A DNA stretch of 64,000 bases from an uncultured Solirubrobacterales bacterium. GTDB lineage: Bacteria; Actinomycetota; Thermoleophilia; Solirubrobacterales; JBBDJG01. Made by a program: the position numbers and the translations under genes. The notes below the pieces were generated by a model. The model was not told the origin of the DNA, made no database searches, and worked only from the letters and a program-made list of their open reading frames with translations. The DNA lies in contig CAVZDP010000009.1 in assembly GCA_963774075.1 (NCBI GenBank), positions 171,103 through 235,102 of the forward strand, in the 5' to 3' direction. Of the stretch, positions 8,301 to 17,600 are shown piece by piece. Each line of letters opens with the position of its first letter. Position 1 is the stretch's first letter.

Positions 8301-11280
8301 GGACACGATCCCCGACGGCCCCCAGGACTTCACCTACACCGATGACATCGGCAACGGCTGCACGATCGGCCCGCTCGACGACGACGCCGACAACACCAAC
8401 CCCGCCAGCCAGACCTGCAACAACGTCACGCCCGGCCCCTACACGGTGACCGAGGACGACCCCACGCCCGGCTTCGACCTCACCGACCTCGACTGCACCG
8501 ACCCCGACAGCGGCACCACGACCTCGACCGCCAGCCGCCAGGCCTCGATCGACCTCGACCCGGGCGAGACCGTCAGCTGCACGTTCGAGAACACCGAGCG
8601 CGGCACGATCGTGATCACCAAGGACACGATCCCCGACGGCCCCCAGGACTTCACCTACACCGATGACATCGGCAACGGCTGCACGATCGGCCCGCTCGAC
8701 GACGACGCCGACAACACCAACCCCGCCAGCCAGACCTGCAACAACGTCACGCCCGGCCCCTACACGGTGACCGAGGACGACCCCACGCCCGGCTTCGACC
8801 TCACCGACCTCGACTGCACCGACCCCGACAGCGGCACCACGACCTCGACCGCCAGCCGCCAGGCCTCGATCGACCTCGACCCGGGCGAGACCGTCAGCTG
8901 CACGTTCGAGAACACCGAGCGCGGCACGATCGTGATCACCAAGGACACGATCCCCGACGGCCCCCAGGACTTCACCTACACCGATGACATCGGCAACGGC
9001 TGCACGATCGGCCCGCTCGACGACGACGCCGACAACACCAACCCCGCCAGCCAGACCTGCAACAACGTCACGCCCGGCCCCTACACGGTGACCGAGGACG
9101 ACCCCACGCCCGGCTTCGACCTCACCGACCTCGACTGCACCGACCCCGACAGCGGCACCACGACCTCGACCGCCAGCCGCCAGGCCTCGATCGACCTCGA
9201 CCCGGGCGAGACCGTCAGCTGCACGTTCGAGAACACCGAGCGCGGCACGATCGTGATCACCAAGGACACGATCCCCGACGGCCCCCAGGACTTCACCTAC
9301 ACCGATGACATCGGCAACGGCTGCACGATCGGCCCGCTCGACGACGACGCCGACAACACCAACCCCGCCAGCCAGACCTGCAACAACGTCACGCCCGGCC
9401 CCTACACGGTGACCGAGGACGACCCCACGCCCGGCTTCGACCTCACCGACCTCGACTGCACCGACCCCGACAGCGGCACCACGACCTCGACCGCCAGCCG
9501 CCAGGCCTCGATCGACCTCGACCCGGGCGAGACCGTCAGCTGCACGTTCGAGAACACCGAGCGCGGCACGATCGTGATCGACAAGGACGCCGTACCAGAT
9601 GACCCGCAGGACTTCTCGTTCACGGGCGATTCGCCGATCGGCTCCTTCACGCTCGACGACGACGCCGACGGCACCAACCCGTCCTCGCGAAGCTTCCAGA
9701 TTCCGCCGGCGACCTACGACGTCACGGAAGGTGCGCTGGCGGGTTGGCTGCCTCCGAACATCAACTGCGCCGACCCGGACAGCGGGACGACGACAGACGT
9801 CCCCAACCGCACGGCCTCGATCGACCTCGACCCGGGCGAGACCGTGAGCTGCACGTTCACGAACGTGAAGGACACCGACGAGGACGGGATTCCGAACGTG
9901 GTCGACTGCACGCCGACTCTCGCCGACGACCATGTCGTCGACCCGGGCAACGTCGTCCCGGGAAGCTTCACGGGTAGCCGTCACAACACGCTCCAGGCGG
10001 CGGTCAACGCGGCGGCCGACAACCAGCTGATCAGCATGTACGCCAACACCACCGAGAACGTGGTCATCGGCGCGACTACCGGCTCCGGCAACAAGGACCT
10101 CCGCATCGAGGGCTGCGGCCACAAGGTGACGGCAGCCGATCCCTCCAAGCCGGCAATTCAGGCCGAGTCCTCGGCGGGCGCCGACGACGGCAACACCGGC
10201 AAGGGTGAGCGAGACATCCACATCGGCGACCTCGACGTGCGTGGATCGAGCTCGTCCTCCGGTTACCTGATCCAGACGAGCAAGGCCTCGTCCGGCACGT
10301 CGACCCTGCTGAAGGCAGTGCGATCCGAGAGCAACTCGATCGGAATCAAAATCGCCGGCCACGGAAACCACGTCCGCGGCTCCAACGGCGTCAAGCTCAA
10401 CTCCGGCGACGGCATTCAGGTGATCGGAAACAGCAACCTGATCGAGGAGAACCGCGTCGACGAGAACGGTGGCGACGGCATCGACGTCACCGGTAACTCA
10501 AACACGATCAAGAAGAGCAAGCTCGAGACCAACAACGCCGGAGACGGGATCAAGGTCGCTGGAAACTCGAACTCGCTGCCCGAGAACGACGTGTTCGACA
10601 GTGGCAGTGACGGCATCGACGTCACCGGGAACCTCAACGCGCTCACGAAGAACGACGTCGGCGACGCAGGCAAGGGCAACGGCGGAGATGGCATCAAGAT
10701 CACGGGCGACGGGAACCTGCTCGGCACGGCCGTGGCCGAGAACAGCATCTTCGCGAACACGGGCAGCGGTCTCGTCGTCAACGGAAACATGAACGCGCTC
10801 GTTAAGAACGTCGCGGGTGACCACAACAAGGGCAACGGCGGCGACGGCTTCCGCGTCAGCGGCTACGGCAATACGCTCACCGAGAACAAGGCGTGGGCGA
10901 ATGGCGGCGACGGTGTCGAGGTCAGCGGTGGCACCTCCGCCAAGCCGAACCGGCTGCTGAAGAACGTCGCGGGCGACTCGAACAAGGGCAACGGCGGCAA
11001 CGGATTCCTGCTCTCCGGCATCGGCAACGGCAACTCGGTCCCGATCGAGCTAGAGCAGAACACGGCCAAGAAGAACACGCTCGACGGCATCCGGGTCAAC
11101 GGCACGGGCTGGCAGCTCAAGAACAACATCAGCGGCGGCTCCGCCAGCGAGGACAACGGCGACTGCGAGTTCAGAGTCATCGCCGGCAACTTCAACGCCA
11201 CAGGCAACAAGGCGAACAACACGACGATCGCGGGTGCCAGCGGGAGCGCCTTCCCGACCGGATGCAGGGGGACGCCGTAA
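5386..11280 (+). CDS. Giant secreted surface protein 1 (signal peptide, unique N-terminal region, 7+1 Ig/prealbumin-like 107-aa repeats, C-terminal parallel beta-helix PbH1-type repeats)
   Basis: The ORF is open from 5266. In-frame GTG at 5386 follows AAGGAGGAAG and yields a signal-like N-terminus (LGASALLVALILIATVPAAA). Repeats end in the ETVSCTFENTE motif typical of prealbumin/SpaA-like folds. The C-terminus is a run of NxxGDGIxVxGNxN units typical of right-handed beta-helix proteins. Confidence 0.85.
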   Translation: MRKAGTASGYRRLVSWLGASALLVALILIATVPAAATPSSCAAIGLETIQTDKADYAPEETVHMTGTGYAPACDVVVQVTRPNGSIVKGDGSFEPGSDTATTDGDGNLVYDYILNGIQGEYGVEVQGADGSVLATTSFSDSVSVVLEGGGDWSATGSTCATPNDAISDNNVRALCDFGETVVGRDFGLQAQVPSSATDISFVAIVRGRVSNADDNDIFDVSLSHDGGTNYTSPVVATDAVNNVIPAGADQNVEAPAAGTTAACAAGSNFGRTWTYSELSDANFRLRVAAHPKTVAGTDALLQQMDIDDIDLVVCYAGRFITAASVSGPQANNPGTRDVSLTVNHTLANGFSAATADDWGSTEYEIEGQGSICSTVPNPDETGSTTDTHSIPVEAPLAAGTYDVTMRAFRDGACSLGASDPWVITDGITVDSSLPTLHRSSESQTSATFSHAVSSGGDRLLLVAVMIDSIEDATSVTYGGVPLTHEFTQAAGGGTSDGQRVEIWRLTSPPVGTANVVVNFATAVAYKGVAAANYTGVDQSDPIGATGGSLSGSVTLTTTQNGSTIFGAVSAGGENSAPFTTTSPVTELWDAVTGGGSNQESTDAGLWGGQRAAPFAGSNTIGTTHTGLAGTDLAIAAVEIKALQTGTIVITKDTIPDGPQDFTYTDDIGNGCTIGPLDDDADNTNPASQTCNNVTPGPYTVTEDDPTPGFDLTDLDCTDPDSGTTTSTASRQASIDLDPGETVSCTFENTERGTIVITKDTIPDGPQDFTYTDDIGNGCTIGPLDDDADNTNPASQTCNNVTPGPYTVTEDDPTPGFDLTDLDCTDPDSGTTTSTASRQASIDLDPGETVSCTFENTERGTIVITKDTIPDGPQDFTYTDDIGNGCTIGPLDDDADNTNPASQTCNNVTPGPYTVTEDDPTPGFDLTDLDCTDPDSGTTTSTASRQASIDLDPGETVSCTFENTERGTIVITKDTIPDGPQDFTYTDDIGNGCTIGPLDDDADNTNPASQTCNNVTPGPYTVTEDDPTPGFDLTDLDCTDPDSGTTTSTASRQASIDLDPGETVSCTFENTERGTIVITKDTIPDGPQDFTYTDDIGNGCTIGPLDDDADNTNPASQTCNNVTPGPYTVTEDDPTPGFDLTDLDCTDPDSGTTTSTASRQASIDLDPGETVSCTFENTERGTIVITKDTIPDGPQDFTYTDDIGNGCTIGPLDDDADNTNPASQTCNNVTPGPYTVTEDDPTPGFDLTDLDCTDPDSGTTTSTASRQASIDLDPGETVSCTFENTERGTIVITKDTIPDGPQDFTYTDDIGNGCTIGPLDDDADNTNPASQTCNNVTPGPYTVTEDDPTPGFDLTDLDCTDPDSGTTTSTASRQASIDLDPGETVSCTFENTERGTIVIDKDAVPDDPQDFSFTGDSPIGSFTLDDDADGTNPSSRSFQIPPATYDVTEGALAGWLPPNINCADPDSGTTTDVPNRTASIDLDPGETVSCTFTNVKDTDEDGIPNVVDCTPTLADDHVVDPGNVVPGSFTGSRHNTLQAAVNAAADNQLISMYANTTENVVIGATTGSGNKDLRIEGCGHKVTAADPSKPAIQAESSAGADDGNTGKGERDIHIGDLDVRGSSSSSGYLIQTSKASSGTSTLLKAVRSESNSIGIKIAGHGNHVRGSNGVKLNSGDGIQVIGNSNLIEENRVDENGGDGIDVTGNSNTIKKSKLETNNAGDGIKVAGNSNSLPENDVFDSGSDGIDVTGNLNALTKNDVGDAGKGNGGDGIKITGDGNLLGTAVAENSIFANTGSGLVVNGNMNALVKNVAGDHNKGNGGDGFRVSGYGNTLTENKAWANGGDGVEVSGGTSAKPNRLLKNVAGDSNKGNGGNGFLLSGIGNGNSVPIELEQNTAKKNTLDGIRVNGTGWQLKNNISGGSASEDNGDCEFRVIAGNFNATGNKANNTTIAGASGSAFPTGCRGTP
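7318..9564 (+). repeat. 7 x 321-bp nucleotide-identical in-frame tandem repeat (107 aa per unit), followed by a diverged 8th unit (9565-~9870)
   Basis: Units start at 7318, 7639, 7960, 8281, 8602, 8923 and 9244. The sequence text is the same in each unit. All antisense pseudo-ORFs recur with identical 71-aa translations at a 321-nt period. Confidence 0.95.
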
Positions 11281-11296
11281 GCATGAGGGGGCAACA

Positions 11297-14200
11297 ATGA
11301 CGAAGCGACTAAAACTCTTTTCGAGTCTCGTCCTCGCGACCGGCCTCTTGGCCGTGCTCGCGCCCTCACAGGCCGCAGCACACCCCGATCCCGACTGCAC
11401 CGCCCTCGGCGGCGTGATCACGCTCGCCGACGAGTGCGAGGTTCAGTCGAGCCAGACGGCCAAGGCCGGCACCTACAACATCTTCCACACGCTGATCATC
11501 AAGGCCGGCGTCCAGATCGACGCCACCACGCCCGGCACGGGCGGCATCACGATCAACATCAGTGGCGCCGGCAACGACCTGGTGATGGAGTCGGGCAGCG
11601 CGATCGAGGCAAACGACCCCTCGAGCCCCCCTAACGACAGCGCCCGCCCGATCACGATCACGGTTCCCGACGACATGACGATGATGGCCGGCAGCACGCT
11701 GGCGGAGAACAACTCTCAGGGCGGCTCGGGCGCCGACATCAGCCTGACGATCGGCGACGACTTCACGATGCAGTCGGGCTCGGAGATCTCGAGCTCGCGC
11801 AATGCCGGCACCACGACCGGCTCCGGCGGCGACATCGCGATCGACGTCGGCGGCGACATGCTGATGGAGGCCAACACCATCATCCACGCCGATGGCCAGA
11901 ACCCGGCCGCAGGCGACGTCACGATCAACGTCGACGGCGACATGACGATGAAGGGCACCGCCGGCCCGCTCGCCGGGGCCATCATCTCCGCCACGGGCAG
12001 CTTCGGCGACACCGCCGGCGACATCACGATCCACGTCGGCAACTTCCCCAACATCCCGCCCACGGGCGTCTTCACTCAGGAGACCGGCGCGGTCGTGACC
12101 GCGAGCTCGGGTGGGCCGGCTGGCGAGATCATCATCACCGCCGGCCGGGAGATGTCGGTCGACGGCTCCGTGCTCTCGGAGTCCGGTCAATCGGGCACCG
12201 GAGCCATCCAGCCGCCCGGCGGCGGCCCGATCACGCTCCAGGCGGGCTGCGGGCTCACCGTCTCCGACACCGGCCTCGTCTCCTCCAGGGGACAGGATCC
12301 GGGCGCCGACCTCGTCCACCTCGAGGCCTGCGAGGTCTTGATCCAGGGCGTCGTTCGCTCCTTCGCACCTGGCGCGGGACACGTGATCCCGACCGGCGGC
12401 AACCGCTGCAACGACGACACCACCGCCCACCCCACCAACGGCGCCGCGGGCTTCACGGGCTGCGTTGAGATCTGGGCCAAGAACGTCACGATCGACAACA
12501 CCGGCACCCACAACGGCGAGGTCCACACCGACGGCATCCGCAACCCGATGCGGGGCTGGGTCGACGTCTTCGCCCAGAAGGACGTCTCGATCCTGGGCGA
12601 CCCGACCACGCCCTACCCGACCACCTTCGACGCCAACGCCTTCGTCTACACCCCGCCCTACGCGGTGCACGCCAACGCCTGCCCGGCAAGCGACGGCCAG
12701 GCGCCCTGCTCGAACTCCTTCGGCGGCCTGATCACGGTCAAGTCGCTCGATGGCAAGGTCGCAGCCTCCGGGCGCGCCCTGCAGGCGACCGCCACCGCGC
12801 TCGGCGCAGACGGCGGTGACATCGTCGTCGAGGCGGGCGGAGCGGCTCCGGCGGGCGAGGTCGACCTCGACAGCGCGAGCCTGCAGGCGACCGGGCCCTC
12901 GGGCTCCAACACCGCCGGCGGCTCGGTCAGCGTTCGCTCCTGGGAGGACGACGTGCTCGGCGTCCCGCCGGGCGAGATCAAGGTCGCCGGCGACGGTCTC
13001 ACCGATCCCGGCACGATCACCCTCACCGCCTGCATGGACGTCAACTACACAGGCTCCACCGATCGCACCCCGACCGTCAACGAGGGTGCACCCTTCTGCG
13101 GCACTGGGCCGACGATTCCGGCCAGCGTGCTCTCCAACTTTGCGCTCCGCGCAGCGCTCTGGGACGCCTGCGACCCCCAGGAGGGAGTGAAGAAGGGCCA
13201 GAAGTTCAACGACCTCGACGGTGACGGCGTCAAGGACGCTGGCGAGCCGGGCCTACCGAACTGGACCATCCACATCTTCGGCACCACCAACGACAACGTG
13301 GTCGTCCACGAGGACATCCTCACCGACGCCAACGGCAACTACGAGATCACCCTTCCCCCCGGCACCTACACCGCCTGCGAGGAGCTTCAGACGGGCTGGG
13401 TGCAGACCTTCCCGAACCCCGGAAGCGACGGCAACGCCTGCGAGGGCCACAACCACCTCGGCAGCCCCGGCGCTGCCGGCTACACGTTCACGATCGTCGG
13501 TGGAGATACCCACGAGGGGAACGACTTTGGGAACCGCGAGAAGCCGCTCGAGTGCCCCGAGGACCCGGGTCGGGCCTCCTCGATCACGAGGATGGTCGAC
13601 GAGGACGGCACCTCGCACGCGGTGTCGGTGCCGAACCACCTGACCGTGCAGGAGGCCTACAACGCCGCCCAGGCCAGCGGCAACCCGAACGAGGTCATCG
13701 GCATGTTCTCCGAGACGACCGAGAACGTCGTCCTCAACGGGCCGAAGCGGGTGACCATCACGCAGTGCACGACCGCCAAGGTCACCGCAGCCGACAATTC
13801 GAAGCCGGTCTGGGACATCGGGCTCGGCGCCGGGCGCCTGCTGATCGTTGGCCCCGACTCCGTCGGCGGGACGATCGGCTGGAACGTCGCCGGCAACGGC
13901 CACGAGCTCAAGGGGCTGCGGGCCGAGGGCGCGAGCCAGTACGGCATTCGGGTGCTCGGCAACAACAACTCCGTCAGCTACAACTCGGTCGACACGAGCC
14001 CTGTCGGGATTCGAGTCGAGGGCGATTACACCGACCTTCGCGGCGGCACGGTCGAGAGGAACACCGGCGATGGCGTCCAGCTCGGCTCGACGGCCAACAA
14101 CAACACGTTCCGGACGGCGAACGTCCAGAGCAACGGCGGGAACGGGATCCTCGTCGAGGGCCCGACCAACACGATTCGCGACAACGGCCGGATCGACCTC

Positions 14201-14629
14201 AACACCCTGAACGGGATCCTCGTCGCGAGCGCCGGCAACACGATCCTCAACAACTCCGCCGCGAGCGACAACAACAAGGGCAACGGTCAGGACGGATTCA
14301 AGGTAACCGGGCCCAACAACTCCATAGAGAACAACAGGGCAAGCGACAACGGCGGCGACGGATTCGACGTCGGCGGCGGCTCGAGCAGCGCACTTGCGAA
14401 CAAGCTGAAGAACAACCAGAGCAACCTGACGGGGGTAGGCGGCACGAAGGAGAACACGGGGGCTGAGTACCGCCTCCTCAACTGGGTGAAGAACAACGCC
14501 GGCGGCAACAAGGCCGACGGGATCGTCGTGCCCAAGACCACGAGCCCGACGAAGTGCAACTCGGCCGCCACTCAATTCCCGGCCACCAACGCGACATCCA
14601 ACTTCACGACGGCGCAGGCCTGCGAGTAG
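11297..14629 (+). CDS. Giant secreted surface protein 2 (signal peptide, beta-helix-like N-terminal domain, SdrD-B/prealbumin-like domain, PbH1 C-terminal cassette A)
   Basis: ATG at 11297 (MTKRLKLFSSLVLATGLLAVLAPSQAAA, signal-like) follows a GAGGGGG RBS. Contains GGxITINIxG-type repeats and KFNDLDGDGVKDAGEPGLPNWTIHIF (SdrD B-like). C-terminal NxxGDGxxV repeats. Tail is KCNSAATQFPATN...ACE. Confidence 0.85.
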   Translation: MTKRLKLFSSLVLATGLLAVLAPSQAAAHPDPDCTALGGVITLADECEVQSSQTAKAGTYNIFHTLIIKAGVQIDATTPGTGGITINISGAGNDLVMESGSAIEANDPSSPPNDSARPITITVPDDMTMMAGSTLAENNSQGGSGADISLTIGDDFTMQSGSEISSSRNAGTTTGSGGDIAIDVGGDMLMEANTIIHADGQNPAAGDVTINVDGDMTMKGTAGPLAGAIISATGSFGDTAGDITIHVGNFPNIPPTGVFTQETGAVVTASSGGPAGEIIITAGREMSVDGSVLSESGQSGTGAIQPPGGGPITLQAGCGLTVSDTGLVSSRGQDPGADLVHLEACEVLIQGVVRSFAPGAGHVIPTGGNRCNDDTTAHPTNGAAGFTGCVEIWAKNVTIDNTGTHNGEVHTDGIRNPMRGWVDVFAQKDVSILGDPTTPYPTTFDANAFVYTPPYAVHANACPASDGQAPCSNSFGGLITVKSLDGKVAASGRALQATATALGADGGDIVVEAGGAAPAGEVDLDSASLQATGPSGSNTAGGSVSVRSWEDDVLGVPPGEIKVAGDGLTDPGTITLTACMDVNYTGSTDRTPTVNEGAPFCGTGPTIPASVLSNFALRAALWDACDPQEGVKKGQKFNDLDGDGVKDAGEPGLPNWTIHIFGTTNDNVVVHEDILTDANGNYEITLPPGTYTACEELQTGWVQTFPNPGSDGNACEGHNHLGSPGAAGYTFTIVGGDTHEGNDFGNREKPLECPEDPGRASSITRMVDEDGTSHAVSVPNHLTVQEAYNAAQASGNPNEVIGMFSETTENVVLNGPKRVTITQCTTAKVTAADNSKPVWDIGLGAGRLLIVGPDSVGGTIGWNVAGNGHELKGLRAEGASQYGIRVLGNNNSVSYNSVDTSPVGIRVEGDYTDLRGGTVERNTGDGVQLGSTANNNTFRTANVQSNGGNGILVEGPTNTIRDNGRIDLNTLNGILVASAGNTILNNSAASDNNKGNGQDGFKVTGPNNSIENNRASDNGGDGFDVGGGSSSALANKLKNNQSNLTGVGGTKENTGAEYRLLNWVKNNAGGNKADGIVVPKTTSPTKCNSAATQFPATNATSNFTTAQACE
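11327..13534 (+). repeat. Copy A of a 2208-bp perfect segmental duplication (offset 3360 bp)
   Basis: Matches 14687-16894. Identical translations in all frames listed in the ORF track. The first mismatches are at 11318/11323/11326 on the 5' side and at 13535 on the 3' side. Confidence 0.9.
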
Positions 14630-14656
14630 ATCAATGACGCCTTACGGGGGGAACCA

Positions 14657-17600
14657 ATGACGAAGCGACTAAAACTCCTTTCAAGCCTCGTCCTCGCGAC
14701 CGGCCTCTTGGCCGTGCTCGCGCCCTCACAGGCCGCAGCACACCCCGATCCCGACTGCACCGCCCTCGGCGGCGTGATCACGCTCGCCGACGAGTGCGAG
14801 GTTCAGTCGAGCCAGACGGCCAAGGCCGGCACCTACAACATCTTCCACACGCTGATCATCAAGGCCGGCGTCCAGATCGACGCCACCACGCCCGGCACGG
14901 GCGGCATCACGATCAACATCAGTGGCGCCGGCAACGACCTGGTGATGGAGTCGGGCAGCGCGATCGAGGCAAACGACCCCTCGAGCCCCCCTAACGACAG
15001 CGCCCGCCCGATCACGATCACGGTTCCCGACGACATGACGATGATGGCCGGCAGCACGCTGGCGGAGAACAACTCTCAGGGCGGCTCGGGCGCCGACATC
15101 AGCCTGACGATCGGCGACGACTTCACGATGCAGTCGGGCTCGGAGATCTCGAGCTCGCGCAATGCCGGCACCACGACCGGCTCCGGCGGCGACATCGCGA
15201 TCGACGTCGGCGGCGACATGCTGATGGAGGCCAACACCATCATCCACGCCGATGGCCAGAACCCGGCCGCAGGCGACGTCACGATCAACGTCGACGGCGA
15301 CATGACGATGAAGGGCACCGCCGGCCCGCTCGCCGGGGCCATCATCTCCGCCACGGGCAGCTTCGGCGACACCGCCGGCGACATCACGATCCACGTCGGC
15401 AACTTCCCCAACATCCCGCCCACGGGCGTCTTCACTCAGGAGACCGGCGCGGTCGTGACCGCGAGCTCGGGTGGGCCGGCTGGCGAGATCATCATCACCG
15501 CCGGCCGGGAGATGTCGGTCGACGGCTCCGTGCTCTCGGAGTCCGGTCAATCGGGCACCGGAGCCATCCAGCCGCCCGGCGGCGGCCCGATCACGCTCCA
15601 GGCGGGCTGCGGGCTCACCGTCTCCGACACCGGCCTCGTCTCCTCCAGGGGACAGGATCCGGGCGCCGACCTCGTCCACCTCGAGGCCTGCGAGGTCTTG
15701 ATCCAGGGCGTCGTTCGCTCCTTCGCACCTGGCGCGGGACACGTGATCCCGACCGGCGGCAACCGCTGCAACGACGACACCACCGCCCACCCCACCAACG
15801 GCGCCGCGGGCTTCACGGGCTGCGTTGAGATCTGGGCCAAGAACGTCACGATCGACAACACCGGCACCCACAACGGCGAGGTCCACACCGACGGCATCCG
15901 CAACCCGATGCGGGGCTGGGTCGACGTCTTCGCCCAGAAGGACGTCTCGATCCTGGGCGACCCGACCACGCCCTACCCGACCACCTTCGACGCCAACGCC
16001 TTCGTCTACACCCCGCCCTACGCGGTGCACGCCAACGCCTGCCCGGCAAGCGACGGCCAGGCGCCCTGCTCGAACTCCTTCGGCGGCCTGATCACGGTCA
16101 AGTCGCTCGATGGCAAGGTCGCAGCCTCCGGGCGCGCCCTGCAGGCGACCGCCACCGCGCTCGGCGCAGACGGCGGTGACATCGTCGTCGAGGCGGGCGG
16201 AGCGGCTCCGGCGGGCGAGGTCGACCTCGACAGCGCGAGCCTGCAGGCGACCGGGCCCTCGGGCTCCAACACCGCCGGCGGCTCGGTCAGCGTTCGCTCC
16301 TGGGAGGACGACGTGCTCGGCGTCCCGCCGGGCGAGATCAAGGTCGCCGGCGACGGTCTCACCGATCCCGGCACGATCACCCTCACCGCCTGCATGGACG
16401 TCAACTACACAGGCTCCACCGATCGCACCCCGACCGTCAACGAGGGTGCACCCTTCTGCGGCACTGGGCCGACGATTCCGGCCAGCGTGCTCTCCAACTT
16501 TGCGCTCCGCGCAGCGCTCTGGGACGCCTGCGACCCCCAGGAGGGAGTGAAGAAGGGCCAGAAGTTCAACGACCTCGACGGTGACGGCGTCAAGGACGCT
16601 GGCGAGCCGGGCCTACCGAACTGGACCATCCACATCTTCGGCACCACCAACGACAACGTGGTCGTCCACGAGGACATCCTCACCGACGCCAACGGCAACT
16701 ACGAGATCACCCTTCCCCCCGGCACCTACACCGCCTGCGAGGAGCTTCAGACGGGCTGGGTGCAGACCTTCCCGAACCCCGGAAGCGACGGCAACGCCTG
16801 CGAGGGCCACAACCACCTCGGCAGCCCCGGCGCTGCCGGCTACACGTTCACGATCGTCGGTGGAGATACCCACGAGGGGAACGACTTTGGGAACAGGAAG
16901 CTCGAGTGCGAGAAGGGCCCTGTCAAGGACGTGCTCAACCCGACGACTGGGCGCTTCCCCGGCAACGCAGGACCCGATGTGATCGTACGGATCGACCTCG
17001 GTCAGTCCGTCCAGGATGCTGTCGACAACGTCAGCGACGTCAACGGCGACCAGAAGCTCATCATCTTGGTCCTCAAGGACGGGACGGGGCAGCTCGGCGG
17101 GCACACGAGCCAGGAAGTCGTCATCGACGACGCCTACAGCCTGCCGTTCGGCCTGATCGGCTGCAGCGTGACGCTTCACGATCCGACCCCCAATGACGCC
17201 AACCCGACGATCCGCATCGCATCCTCTGCTGGAAGCCCACAGAACATCTTCCTGATGGACCTCCATGCTGCGGACAGCAAGGCCGCGGGCATCGCGGTCG
17301 AGGGCAATGGCCGCTACCTGCGTAACGAGAACGTCCTCAACAACGCGGTCGGCTTCAAGATCACCGGCAACGCCAACACCGTCCACAACGGCGCGGCGAC
17401 GGGCAACACCGGTGCCGGTGCCAACGTCCAGGGCGACAGCAACGTGCTCACGGACACCGACTCCTACTCGAACGGCGTCGGCTTCCAGGTCACGGGCAAC
17501 AACAACCAGCTCCTCAAGCTCGACGCAGGAGACAAGGGCAAGGGGAACCTCGGCGACGGCGTCAACGTCAACGGCGCCAACAACCTGTTGTCCGAGATCG

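Noticed and set aside
6403-10371. 1322-aa minus-strand ORF, plus the ladders of identical 71-aa and 74-aa minus-strand ORFs through both tandem arrays (7476..9296 and 20327..24478)
   Set aside because: They are antisense to strongly supported + strand coding sequence. Their composition is Gly/Arg/Val-rich, typical of GC-rich antisense frames. Their periodicity only mirrors the sense-strand repeats.
11327-16894. Diversity-generating retroelement (template/variable repeat) as the explanation for the duplicated gene halves
   Set aside because: The two copies are identical rather than differing at adenines. The divergent parts are not alignable as TR/VR. No reverse transcriptase gene is present.
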